Below are positions 16,661 to 24,718 of a stretch of DNA of 64,000 bases, piece after piece. The stretch lies in NCBI GenBank assembly GCA_964597545.1, contig CAZQXN010000002.1:88234-152233 (forward strand), given 5' to 3'. Every line of letters starts with the position of its first letter. Within the stretch, counting starts at the first letter, position 1. Source of the DNA: an uncultured Planctomycetia bacterium. GTDB taxonomy: Bacteria > Omnitrophota > Gorgyraeia > 1-14-0-20-64-10. A model generated the notes under the pieces. That model was not told where the DNA came from and made no database searches. It saw only the letters and a list, made by a program, of their open reading frames with translations. A program made the position numbers and the translations under genes.

Positions 16661-18622
16661 ATGAGCCTTCCCAAGTTTGACATCGTAAAGGCCTTGGAGG
16701 AGGCATCCTCCAGTTCAGAGCTTGTCTGTGGCGTCAGATCCGCCAAGAAGCGGACGGCACTGTTAGGCGCCAAGCCGGCCGCTTTACGCAAGGCAGGCTT
16801 TAAACCCCTGACCCCAGCCCAGATCAAAACCCTCAAAGCCCAGGGCAACGCAGCCCAGGACTGGAAGGAGATCTGGGTCGGCTCCGGTTTTGACCCGAAG
16901 CGTGTTCGGCGCTCATCCTTTGCGGGGCCGGTTCTCTTGGAGGCGGCCTCCGGGACCGTCAAGGTCGAGGGGGTAACCTTTCCCAGGGGGCTGTCCCATG
17001 CGACCCTCTCCCACTGCGTGGTGGGCAAGAATGCCCTCATCCAAAATGTCCGGCTTTTAAACCGGACCGTGGTTGAGGAGGGGGCAGTGCTCTTTGATGT
17101 GGGGACGGTCACCAAGGGCAAGCGTGATACCTTTGCCAACGGCCTGGAGGTGTTGGTTGCCGTAGAGACCGGCGGGCGTGAAGTTCCCCTCTTTGCGGAG
17201 CTGACCGTTGACGGGGCTGAGGTGCTCTCTCGCTCCCGCGCAGACAAGGCCCTTTTGGCCGGTTACCAGGAACGGCTGGACAGCTACGTCAAGAGCGTCA
17301 CCTTGCCCTTCAATGTGATCGGCAAGGGGGCTTGCGTGCTTCATACCCCTCGCCTGCAAGATGTCTTCTTGGGAACGGCCGCTGTCATTGACTCTGCCCA
17401 GCAGGTGGAGGATGTGACGGTCTTAAGCAACGAGGAAGAGGCGACCGAGATCTCTCAAGGGGCAATTGTGAAGTCCTCCATCCTCCAGTGGGGTTCTGAA
17501 GTGACCTCCGCTGCTTTGGTGGATTCCTCCCTCTTAACCGAGCACTCCCATGTGGAGCGCAAGGGGTTGGTGACCCATGCGATTTTGGGTCCCAACACCG
17601 GTGTGGCCGAAGGAGAGGTGACCTCAGCCCTATTGGGTCCCTTTGTGGGTTTCCATCACCAGTCCCTCTTGATTGCGGCTCTCTGGCCTGAGGGCAAGGG
17701 CAACGTCGGCTACGGCGCCAACATCGGCTCCAACCACACCGCCAAGGCTCCGGACCAGGAGATCTGGCCCGGGGAGGGAACCTTCTTCGGGCTGGGGGTG
17801 AACATCAAGTTCCCCTCGGACCTGACAGGATCTCCCTACACCATCATCGCCAGCGGGGTGAGCATGCTGCCGCAGAAGGTGGAGTTTCCCTTCTCCCTCA
17901 TCAACACGCCTGCGGTGACGCAGCCTAAGCTCTCTCCGGCCTACAATGAGATCATGCCGGGCTGGGTCCTCTCGGACAACATCTACATGGTCAAAAGGAA
18001 CGAGGGCAAGTATCAGAAGCGCAACAAGGCCCGCCGCTCCAAGTTTGTCTTTGAGGTTTTCCGCCCCGAGGTTGTGGATCTGATGAAGGATGCCCGAAAG
18101 CGCCTTGAGGTCAAAGAGCCCCAAGAGGCGTATACCGGAAAGCAGATTGCTGGTCTTGGCAAGAATTACATGTCAGAGCGCAGCCGCCAGAAGGGGATCG
18201 AGACCTACACCTTCTACATCGGTTGCTATGCCCTCTTGGGACTCAAGCGGCAGTTGGAGGCATTCGTCCACAAGGGTGAGACTTCCCAGATTCCGGGGAT
18301 TCTCGAGCGCAAGAGCGACTGCGCCCGCTGGGAGCATGAGCGGTTGATCCTGGCCGAGGAATTCTCTGGCAAGGATCTCAAAACCCTGCTCATGGATCTG
18401 GTGGAGCGACAGGAGAAGATTGCCGAGCAAGTGCAAAGCTCCAAGGAAAAGGACGACCGCAGGGGCGCTGAAGTGATCTCCGATTACACCGAGGCGCATC
18501 CCCCCGCATCCGAGGACGGCTTTGTCCAGGAAACCCGAAAGGCCACCGACACCCTCAAGCAGGAGGTCCAGCGCCTAGAGGGCATCATTCAAGACCTCTC
18601 CGCACAAGCAACAACCACCTAA
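16661..18622 (+). CDS. DUF4954-like left-handed beta-helix protein
   Basis: LKAQGNAAQDW, ETGGREV, GPFVGFHHQSLLIAALWPEGKGNVGYGANIGSNHT; hexapeptide-like repeats. Confidence 0.75.
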   Translation: MSLPKFDIVKALEEASSSSELVCGVRSAKKRTALLGAKPAALRKAGFKPLTPAQIKTLKAQGNAAQDWKEIWVGSGFDPKRVRRSSFAGPVLLEAASGTVKVEGVTFPRGLSHATLSHCVVGKNALIQNVRLLNRTVVEEGAVLFDVGTVTKGKRDTFANGLEVLVAVETGGREVPLFAELTVDGAEVLSRSRADKALLAGYQERLDSYVKSVTLPFNVIGKGACVLHTPRLQDVFLGTAAVIDSAQQVEDVTVLSNEEEATEISQGAIVKSSILQWGSEVTSAALVDSSLLTEHSHVERKGLVTHAILGPNTGVAEGEVTSALLGPFVGFHHQSLLIAALWPEGKGNVGYGANIGSNHTAKAPDQEIWPGEGTFFGLGVNIKFPSDLTGSPYTIIASGVSMLPQKVEFPFSLINTPAVTQPKLSPAYNEIMPGWVLSDNIYMVKRNEGKYQKRNKARRSKFVFEVFRPEVVDLMKDARKRLEVKEPQEAYTGKQIAGLGKNYMSERSRQKGIETYTFYIGCYALLGLKRQLEAFVHKGETSQIPGILERKSDCARWEHERLILAEEFSGKDLKTLLMDLVERQEKIAEQVQSSKEKDDRRGAEVISDYTEAHPPASEDGFVQETRKATDTLKQEVQRLEGIIQDLSAQATTT

Positions 18623-18625
18623 GCC

Positions 18626-18672
18626 TGGTACCGGGTACAAATGCTCTTTTTGAGTGTACCCGGTACCGGTTT
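18626..18672. repeat. 47-bp REP/REPIN-like element, left copy
   Basis: tggtaccgggtacaaatgctctttttgagtgtacccggtaccggttt with a 13-bp stem ggtaccgggtaca / tgtacccggtacc; direct repeat of 19254-19300 with 1 mismatch. Confidence 0.92.
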
Positions 18673-18714
18673 TTTTAGTGCATAGATTGCATTATTAGCA
18701 TACAATTTATGGAT

Positions 18715-19281
18715 ATGGGAAGGCAACATCGAATAGTAAGCGAGACTGGCTGCTACCATGTTGTCGCGCGCGGCAATAGCCAAAAAGCGGTCTTCCGGCA
18801 GAAGCAAGATTACTGGGCGTATCGCCATCTCTTAGGGGAATATGGGAGGCGCCATGCCGCACAGATCTACCACTATTGTTTAATGAGTAATCATATCCAC
18901 CTGGCGCTGCGCATTGAGAGCCTGAAGCAGCTTAGTCAGATGATGCATGACGTGCAACGTGCATATTCCCGGCATCGCCAGATGCAGGATCAAGTAACCG
19001 GACAATTGTGGCAGGGGCGGTTCCAAAGCTACCCCATCAATGATGAAAACTATTTTTTGGCATGCGGGCGCTATATTGAACGTAACCCCATAGAAGGTGG
19101 ACTAACAGCCGACCCAGGAAATTATCCTTGGTCAAGCTATCGGTTTTATGCGTATGGCGTAAAGGACTGGATTGTAGTTGCTTCGCCGCTCTATGCAAGT
19201 ATGGGCAGGGTGCCCCAGGAGCGTCAGAGTGCCTATCGCACCTTCATTGACAATGGTACCGGGTACAAATGCCCTTTTTGA
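18715..19281 (+). mobile_element. REP-associated tyrosine transposase (RAYT; IS200/Y1 HUH family)
   Basis: YHVVARGN, YCLMSNHIHL (HUH), LWQGRF.S, RYIERNP, YPWSSY motifs; lower GC; flanked by palindromic repeats. ATG 18709 is an alternative start. Confidence 0.92.
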
Positions 19282-19300
19282 GTGTACCCGGTACCGGTTT
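19254..19300. repeat. 47-bp REP/REPIN-like element, right copy (overlaps the transposase stop)
   Basis: tggtaccgggtacaaatgccctttttgagtgtacccggtaccggttt. Confidence 0.92.
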
Positions 19301-19305
19301 AGGGG

Positions 19306-21378
19306 TTATTTCCAGTGGGAGGACCAGAGCAGCCAGATCCGGGAGTCTTGGGTCCGGACGTGGTCGTTGTCCCGGTCCTTGTCGTAACGGTATTCGCCGT
19401 TGAGCTCCAGGCGCCACTCGTCAAAGACGTCGTAGCCTAAGCTCAAGCGGGTTGCCAGCAGGGGGCGCTGGGCCAGGTCCGAGTCAAAGTCAGCCAGGTG
19501 CAGATAGACCGAAGGGGTGGCCGACCACTTCCGGCGCTTGTCGCGGCTCAGCTTCCGGTAGGGCCAGATGAAGTTGGCCCCGAAGGAGTGGCCCGTGGCA
19601 TGGCGCAGGTTGCTCTCGGTGGCCGGGACCGGGTCGATGAGCTTGCCGTCCTGAAAGGTGTAGTTAAGCCCGGCAGAGGCGTTGGACCAGAGCCTCAAGG
19701 AGCCCGACGCATTGACCTCGTGCTGCAGGCCGTGGTGCCGGGTCTCATTGAACAGCTCATCGAAGAATTCATAGCGGTACCGGGCGGAGAGGAGCGCCCG
19801 CTTGAATAAGGGCAGGGCCAGGCGGGAGCCGACGGTCCAACGGATCTCATCCTCGAAGGCGGTGCCGTTTTCATGCCGTTCCTCTTTGAGAGGGTGCTCC
19901 CACCAGTACGTTCCAAAGGCCGACCACTGCAGGTGCCCCAGATGATGGGCCAACTCTGCCCGCAAGTTGGTGGTGCGCACCTTGGAGGGGCGCGTGGCCG
20001 GACCCGGAGAGGAGGTGGTGTCGGTCATGCTTGCCCTCATGCGCGGTTTTGGCCAGCCGGCGGGCACCTTGATCCCGAGGTCTGCGTGATACCATGCCTG
20101 CCGGGTCTGCTCTACGTTGTCCTCATCGTCCAAGTCGTTGCGGTACCAACTGGCAGCCAAGTCCAGATCAAAGGGTCCCAGCGGCGCGAAATTGAACTTG
20201 TGGTGCGTGAACTGCCGGCCGGCGCTTAAGCCCTTGACGTTGTTGACGGCACCCGAGGGCAGGTCTGCCAGGAGCAGGTAGTCGGGTCCGGTGCGCTCAA
20301 CGACGGCGTCCCACTTGATCCACGGCTGGATGAAGGTGGACTGCACCAGGAAGGCAAGGTCCTTGAGTTTCTCGTTGTTGCCGAAGCGGTCTTCCTTCAA
20401 GTTGTCATCGGTCTCGCTGTAGCTCTCGTATGCCTTGACGAACCAGGTGTCGGGGATGAAGGTGATCTCCTGGTTTAAGTTGTAGACGGTGTTGTCGCGG
20501 CGCTTATTGGCGATGTTGACCGCATGGATTCTCCCGGTGTCCCGCGTCTTGACGACACTGGCCCCCAGCCGCACGCGGTCTTCAATGATCTTCCAGCGGC
20601 TGCGCACCCCCATGACGCTCCTGGGGTAGATGTATTCGTCGCGGTCCTCCAGCCAGTAAGGATACCCTCCGTAGAGGGCCTGGAAGTCATGCCGCTCGCC
20701 GGTCAAGAGCAGGTTGATCCCCCTCAGGCGCGAGCTCCTCAAGAAATAATAGCTGGGGAAGGTGGCGGTATCTCCCAACCCCAGATGGGAAGCGCCCTCG
20801 GCGCCGTATTCACCGGGTTTCTCGAAGAAATCGGCCAGGAGGGTCCGGTAGCGCAGGTCGTTGTGGCCGTTCCTAAAGCCCTCCAGGTCCAGGCGGATGT
20901 GCGCGTCGATGCCGTCGCGGCCCTCCATGAAGGCTTCCAGGCGCTGGTTGATCTGCCAGCCATGGCTGTCAAAATCTTGGTCGGACTGTCTGTCGGCGTC
21001 GCGGCGCTGTCGAAGGACCCTCAGGCGCTCATGGATGTGGTGCTTGCGGCGCAGAGCGCGCTCAATCACAAACTCCCTCTCTTGAGGGTTCTGGACTCCG
21101 GCCATGGCACGCTCCACGTACTCCTGGAAGAGGGACTGGCTTTGAGTTTCTTTGGAGAGCTTGCCCAGCTCAGCCAGCGCCTGCTCGAACCGCCCCCTGC
21201 GCATCATGTGATCCACCCGCGCCAAGAGAAGGGTCTCTTGCGAGGTCAGGGGCTTTGCGTAAGCAGGCGGAAGGTTGAGGGTGAAAGAGGAAAGGAGCAG
21301 CAGGCAGCAGGCAGCAGGCAGCAGGCAGGCAATCGCTCCTGCTTTCTGCTTGCCGCTTTCTGCCTCCCGGATTTTCAC
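19306..21378 (-). CDS. Putative outer-membrane beta-barrel protein (usher-like position in the operon)
   Basis: GTG 21378 overlaps the upstream stop (GTGA); signal peptide; long run of amphipathic aromatic beta-strands; C-terminus RIWLLWSSHWK. Confidence 0.65.
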   Translation of the reverse strand: MKIREAESGKQKAGAIACLLPAACCLLLLSSFTLNLPPAYAKPLTSQETLLLARVDHMMRRGRFEQALAELGKLSKETQSQSLFQEYVERAMAGVQNPQEREFVIERALRRKHHIHERLRVLRQRRDADRQSDQDFDSHGWQINQRLEAFMEGRDGIDAHIRLDLEGFRNGHNDLRYRTLLADFFEKPGEYGAEGASHLGLGDTATFPSYYFLRSSRLRGINLLLTGERHDFQALYGGYPYWLEDRDEYIYPRSVMGVRSRWKIIEDRVRLGASVVKTRDTGRIHAVNIANKRRDNTVYNLNQEITFIPDTWFVKAYESYSETDDNLKEDRFGNNEKLKDLAFLVQSTFIQPWIKWDAVVERTGPDYLLLADLPSGAVNNVKGLSAGRQFTHHKFNFAPLGPFDLDLAASWYRNDLDDEDNVEQTRQAWYHADLGIKVPAGWPKPRMRASMTDTTSSPGPATRPSKVRTTNLRAELAHHLGHLQWSAFGTYWWEHPLKEERHENGTAFEDEIRWTVGSRLALPLFKRALLSARYRYEFFDELFNETRHHGLQHEVNASGSLRLWSNASAGLNYTFQDGKLIDPVPATESNLRHATGHSFGANFIWPYRKLSRDKRRKWSATPSVYLHLADFDSDLAQRPLLATRLSLGYDVFDEWRLELNGEYRYDKDRDNDHVRTQDSRIWLLWSSHWK
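21297..21366. repeat. Heptamer repeat tracts (gcagcag x4; ctgcttt-like x4) encoding the signal peptide of the beta-barrel gene
   Basis: gcagcag gcagcag gcagcag gcagcag ... ctgcttt ctgcttg ccgcttt ctgcctc. Confidence 0.8.
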
Positions 21379-22409
21379 GGGTTCCACAGCTCCACGATCA
21401 GATTGGCCGAGTAAGAGCCCTCCACGGCGGTGGCGCCGGCATCGGTGGCCATGTAGACCGTGAAGGGGCTGTTGAGGGTGAAGTCGCCGGTCACGTTGGC
21501 GTCGGCCACAAAGCGGCTGTCGGTGGAGTCTTGCCCGATGAGCCGCCGCCAACTGACGGGGTCTCCGGTCATGTCCACCAGATCCGGCAGGCGGACCCAG
21601 CTGGCGGTCATGACACTGCGCCTGTCCTCCAAGAGCTCGGGGCCGATCCAATAGTCATCATCGTCCACCGAAGGGGGGCCGGCCAGCTGGCCGTCCCAGC
21701 CGGTATCCTGGATGTCGGGCCCGTAGTTGAGCATCCAGAGCTTCATGGGGATGAAGAAACGTCCATCCAGAGAAACCAGGCCTGCCGGTGAGAGGCGATG
21801 CAGGGCGTCCCGAACACCATGAAAGCGGGCGGCGTTGTCGGTGTAGATGCGCACGACAAAGGGCTGATCGGTTCTGATCCGGTTGAAGCGGTAGAAGCTC
21901 CACCGGATTTCAATCGGGGTCGGATGCATGAATCGGCCCGGGGGTAAGGTGCCGAGGTTGAGCGCTTCCGGGAAGACCCTCAAGCTCTCTGTTTCGGTGC
22001 CGATGTGCAGGGGGTATTCTCCGGAGAGCCGGTCTGAGACATCGCCGTTACCGTCATACAAGGGAAAGGTCACCGTATAGTTGCCGGCCGCTACGACATA
22101 GCTGTCGGTCAGGACCCGGGTTTCACCGGCCGGGATTGTGGCGGTCAAAACCGGGGTCAGGGTGCTCTCGACCTCGGTGTCGATGTTGGTCAGGGTGATG
22201 TCCACCTCGGCGAACTGAGCGGTCGACTCATTGTTTCTGACGGTGACGTCAAAGCGGATCGTGTCGGTCGGATGATGATGTTGGTCATAGGAATAGGAGA
22301 CGATCTCCAGGTCAAACTGGGCCAGGGCCGGCGTTGCCAAGAGTCCGATGCAGAGCGCTGCCGCGAAGATCTCCGGCAAGCGGGAGCAGTATGATCGAAA
22401 CCGGCTCAT
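21375..22409 (-). CDS. Secreted protein: Ig-like domain + pilin/WxL-like domain
   Basis: Signal peptide ending ALA; FDVTVRN Ig-like strand; C-terminal domain paralogous to 23275-23970 (IYTDN, GLVSLDGRF, GSYSANLIVEL). Confidence 0.6.
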   Translation of the reverse strand: MSRFRSYCSRLPEIFAAALCIGLLATPALAQFDLEIVSYSYDQHHHPTDTIRFDVTVRNNESTAQFAEVDITLTNIDTEVESTLTPVLTATIPAGETRVLTDSYVVAAGNYTVTFPLYDGNGDVSDRLSGEYPLHIGTETESLRVFPEALNLGTLPPGRFMHPTPIEIRWSFYRFNRIRTDQPFVVRIYTDNAARFHGVRDALHRLSPAGLVSLDGRFFIPMKLWMLNYGPDIQDTGWDGQLAGPPSVDDDDYWIGPELLEDRRSVMTASWVRLPDLVDMTGDPVSWRRLIGQDSTDSRFVADANVTGDFTLNSPFTVYMATDAGATAVEGSYSANLIVELWNP

Positions 22410-23278
22410 GGCGTCACCACCACGGTTTCCTCCTTGGTCACCTCAAAGACAAGCTCCTTTTGGAGCAGCTGAGCCTGGTCTGCCTCGGCTGTGATGACCG
22501 CCTTGTACTGACCGGCATCGGGCAGGGGCAGCACGGTTGGGATTTGGAGCGCGGCCTTGGGCAGAATCGGCATCGATCTACCCAGGGCGGTCACCCGCAC
22601 GACATTGCCCTCAGCGTCAAAGAGGGCCACCGTCCCGGAGGGGCGGACGTGCACGCTGCCCCGGTTGCGCAGGGTGGTTGTCAGCCACAGCAGGGTGGGG
22701 GCCTCTTCGGAGAACTCGTCAAATTCACCGACCTGTTCTCGGTGTTGAGCGGTGAGCCCCTCGATTGAAAGCTCGATCCGCTGGCGCCCCTCGATCATCA
22801 CATAGACCGGAAGGGCCAAGCGGGGAACGATGGAGATGACGCCCTGGGGGCGGTCTTTCTTGTCTGCGGCCGATTGGATCGGCAGCTCATCCACCAGGAT
22901 GGCGGCGACATACTCGGCGGCGGTGTCGCGCGCAATGTTGGCCGGCGGGGTCACGGTGTAGGTGACCTCTGCGGCGGATTCCGGCGCCAGCGTGAAGTCC
23001 GAAGGTTCAAAGGCAATCCACGCTTCTGCCGAGGGCAGGGTGATCCCCGTTTGCAGAAAGCGGTAAGGTCCGGTCCTGATCCGTGCGTTGACGGCAACAT
23101 CTTTTGAATTGGTGATGGAGAGCGTTCCGGTGACCGGTTGATCCGGGGCGAGGACCACTTCCAGGCGGGCGGGCTCAACATCGAGCGCCCAAGCTGCCGG
23201 GGCGCAGAGGAGCAGGGCAATGCCGCAGGTCCCTGCGGCCATGAGAGAGCACCAGCGGGTCGCAAGAGGTTTTTTCAT
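22406..23278 (-). CDS. Secreted two-Ig-domain chaperone-like protein (PapD/DUF916-like)
   Basis: LDVEPARLEV, LSITN, TLRNRGSVHVRPSG, GQYKA motifs. Confidence 0.6.
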   Translation of the reverse strand: MKKPLATRWCSLMAAGTCGIALLLCAPAAWALDVEPARLEVVLAPDQPVTGTLSITNSKDVAVNARIRTGPYRFLQTGITLPSAEAWIAFEPSDFTLAPESAAEVTYTVTPPANIARDTAAEYVAAILVDELPIQSAADKKDRPQGVISIVPRLALPVYVMIEGRQRIELSIEGLTAQHREQVGEFDEFSEEAPTLLWLTTTLRNRGSVHVRPSGTVALFDAEGNVVRVTALGRSMPILPKAALQIPTVLPLPDAGQYKAVITAEADQAQLLQKELVFEVTKEETVVVTP

Positions 23279-23970
23279 GGGGCCGCGATGATCTCGATGT
23301 AGAGCACGGTGTCGTAGGTCCCCCGGACAGCCGATTCAGAGACATCGGTGCGAAGGATGAGGGGGAAGGGGGTTCCAATCGTGATGTCCCCCAACGGATT
23401 GTCGTCCGAGGTGTAGAGCACCTCATCCGGGCCGGCAACCCAGAGAGTATTCCTGGGATCAATCCCCATGAGGATCACATCGCTGTACTCCGCCTCTTGG
23501 GTTTCGTTATTCAGCCGGTACGGGATGTAGCCGGGCTCATTGATGTCGGGGATTCGCCTGAAGACATTAACACCGAAATTCGGGGATTGGATCTCCAGGG
23601 GGATCGAGAAGCGCCCGTCCTCTGAGATCAGACCCGAGGGGTTGGGCGTCCGGACGGCCCCCAAGACGCCGCCAAAGGCCAAGTTATCGGTGTAGCAGCG
23701 CATGATCCAGGGATAGGGGCCGTTGTAGAGCCCCTCCACGATGATCTCCCCGATCTGCTGGCGGCCCGGCTCTGTGACGGTAAAGCCCACCGCTTCGGTG
23801 AAGGTGTAGCCGCCGAAGGATTCCACCGCGGCGGTGATGTACACCTCCTGCTGAACGGTTGCCTCGGCCTCCTGAGGGCAGGGCCTCAGGCCCCAGGCGC
23901 CCAGCGCGATGCCGGCAATCAACAGGAGTTTCACAATGGGTGCGGGACGGTTCACGATGAATGATTTCAT
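23275..23970 (-). CDS. Secreted pilin/WxL-like subunit
   Basis: ATGA overlap with the upstream gene; signal peptide; CYTDN, GLISEDGRF, GTYDTVLYIEI. Confidence 0.55.
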   Translation of the reverse strand: MKSFIVNRPAPIVKLLLIAGIALGAWGLRPCPQEAEATVQQEVYITAAVESFGGYTFTEAVGFTVTEPGRQQIGEIIVEGLYNGPYPWIMRCYTDNLAFGGVLGAVRTPNPSGLISEDGRFSIPLEIQSPNFGVNVFRRIPDINEPGYIPYRLNNETQEAEYSDVILMGIDPRNTLWVAGPDEVLYTSDDNPLGDITIGTPFPLILRTDVSESAVRGTYDTVLYIEIIAAP

Positions 23971-24620
23971 AGCCATCCTTTCGCCTGCATGGTTTTCTCA
24001 ATGTCCTCAAAGGTTTCAAAGGGAAGGGTGGTAATGCCCTCCTCCTTACACCAACAGCTCAGCTCATCCTTGGCAAAGGTGTGGGTCGCTGCTTTTGCGG
24101 GGCAGCGGTCGGTGACGCCGTTGCCCACGAAGAGGGTGGTATAACCCTGGTTGTTCCAGGTGCGGATGGGGTCGGCCTTGCAGTGCCCGCAGTCGTGGCA
24201 ACTTTGAGACGGATACGGAAACTCCACCTGCCAGGTGCCGTTGACGCGCGCAATCTTATTGGCCAGGTACGGTACCGGCCACAGGCCGGATGCGCGCATG
24301 ACCGCCTCCACGCAGAGATTGAAGCCGCCGCTTAAGAGCACCACCGGAATGCCTTTGGTCTGCATCCGCTTGAAAAAGGCTGGGAAGGCAGGGTCAAGCT
24401 GCACATCTTCCTTGAGCAGCGCCTCAAGCTCTGCTTGGTTTGCGCGAACTGTCGCCATCTCCTGCTTGAGACCCTCCCGAATGGACAGCGCTCCGGAAAC
24501 AACGCGTCCTTGGATCTCTTTCCAGCCTGGTGCCCCGTAGCGGTTTAAGATCTCCACCAGGGTGTCTTGCCGAGTGACCGTTCCATCAAAGTCACAGGCA
24601 ACCAGTATGCCAGATTCCAT
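23967..24620 (-). CDS. HAD-IB phosphatase, MtnX-like
   Basis: CDFDGTVT, LSGG, CGHCK, VGNGVTDRCPA..A...FAKD. Start 24620 preferred over 24629 because the -10 box overlaps the first ATG. Confidence 0.85.
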   Translation of the reverse strand: MESGILVACDFDGTVTRQDTLVEILNRYGAPGWKEIQGRVVSGALSIREGLKQEMATVRANQAELEALLKEDVQLDPAFPAFFKRMQTKGIPVVLLSGGFNLCVEAVMRASGLWPVPYLANKIARVNGTWQVEFPYPSQSCHDCGHCKADPIRTWNNQGYTTLFVGNGVTDRCPAKAATHTFAKDELSCWCKEEGITTLPFETFEDIEKTMQAKGWL

Positions 24621-24627
24621 CCCTGAC

Positions 24628-24657
24628 ATTATCCTGGACTTTTCAAAGCCTTGTCAA
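24628..24657 (-). promoter_or_regulatory. Sigma70-type promoter of the minus-strand operon
   Basis: TTGACA-18 nt-GATAAT on the minus strand. Confidence 0.55.
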
Positions 24658-24718
24658 TCTTTTCAACTCAATGGTAGACTAGGATTTTCGTGAGAAGGCC
24701 GGAAAAATAACCTGATCC

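Noticed and set aside
18626-19300. CRISPR array, or IS terminal inverted repeats
   Set aside because: There are only two direct copies around an HUH transposase, with no spacers, cas genes or DDE enzyme.
21379-21651. N-terminal extension of ORF 19306-21651
   Set aside because: It overlaps the upstream gene in another frame; the signal peptide and GTGA coupling point to a start at 21378.
23967-24620. Assigning the symbol mtnX (methionine salvage)
   Set aside because: Family motifs fit, but no other mtn genes are in the window, so the substrate is uncertain.
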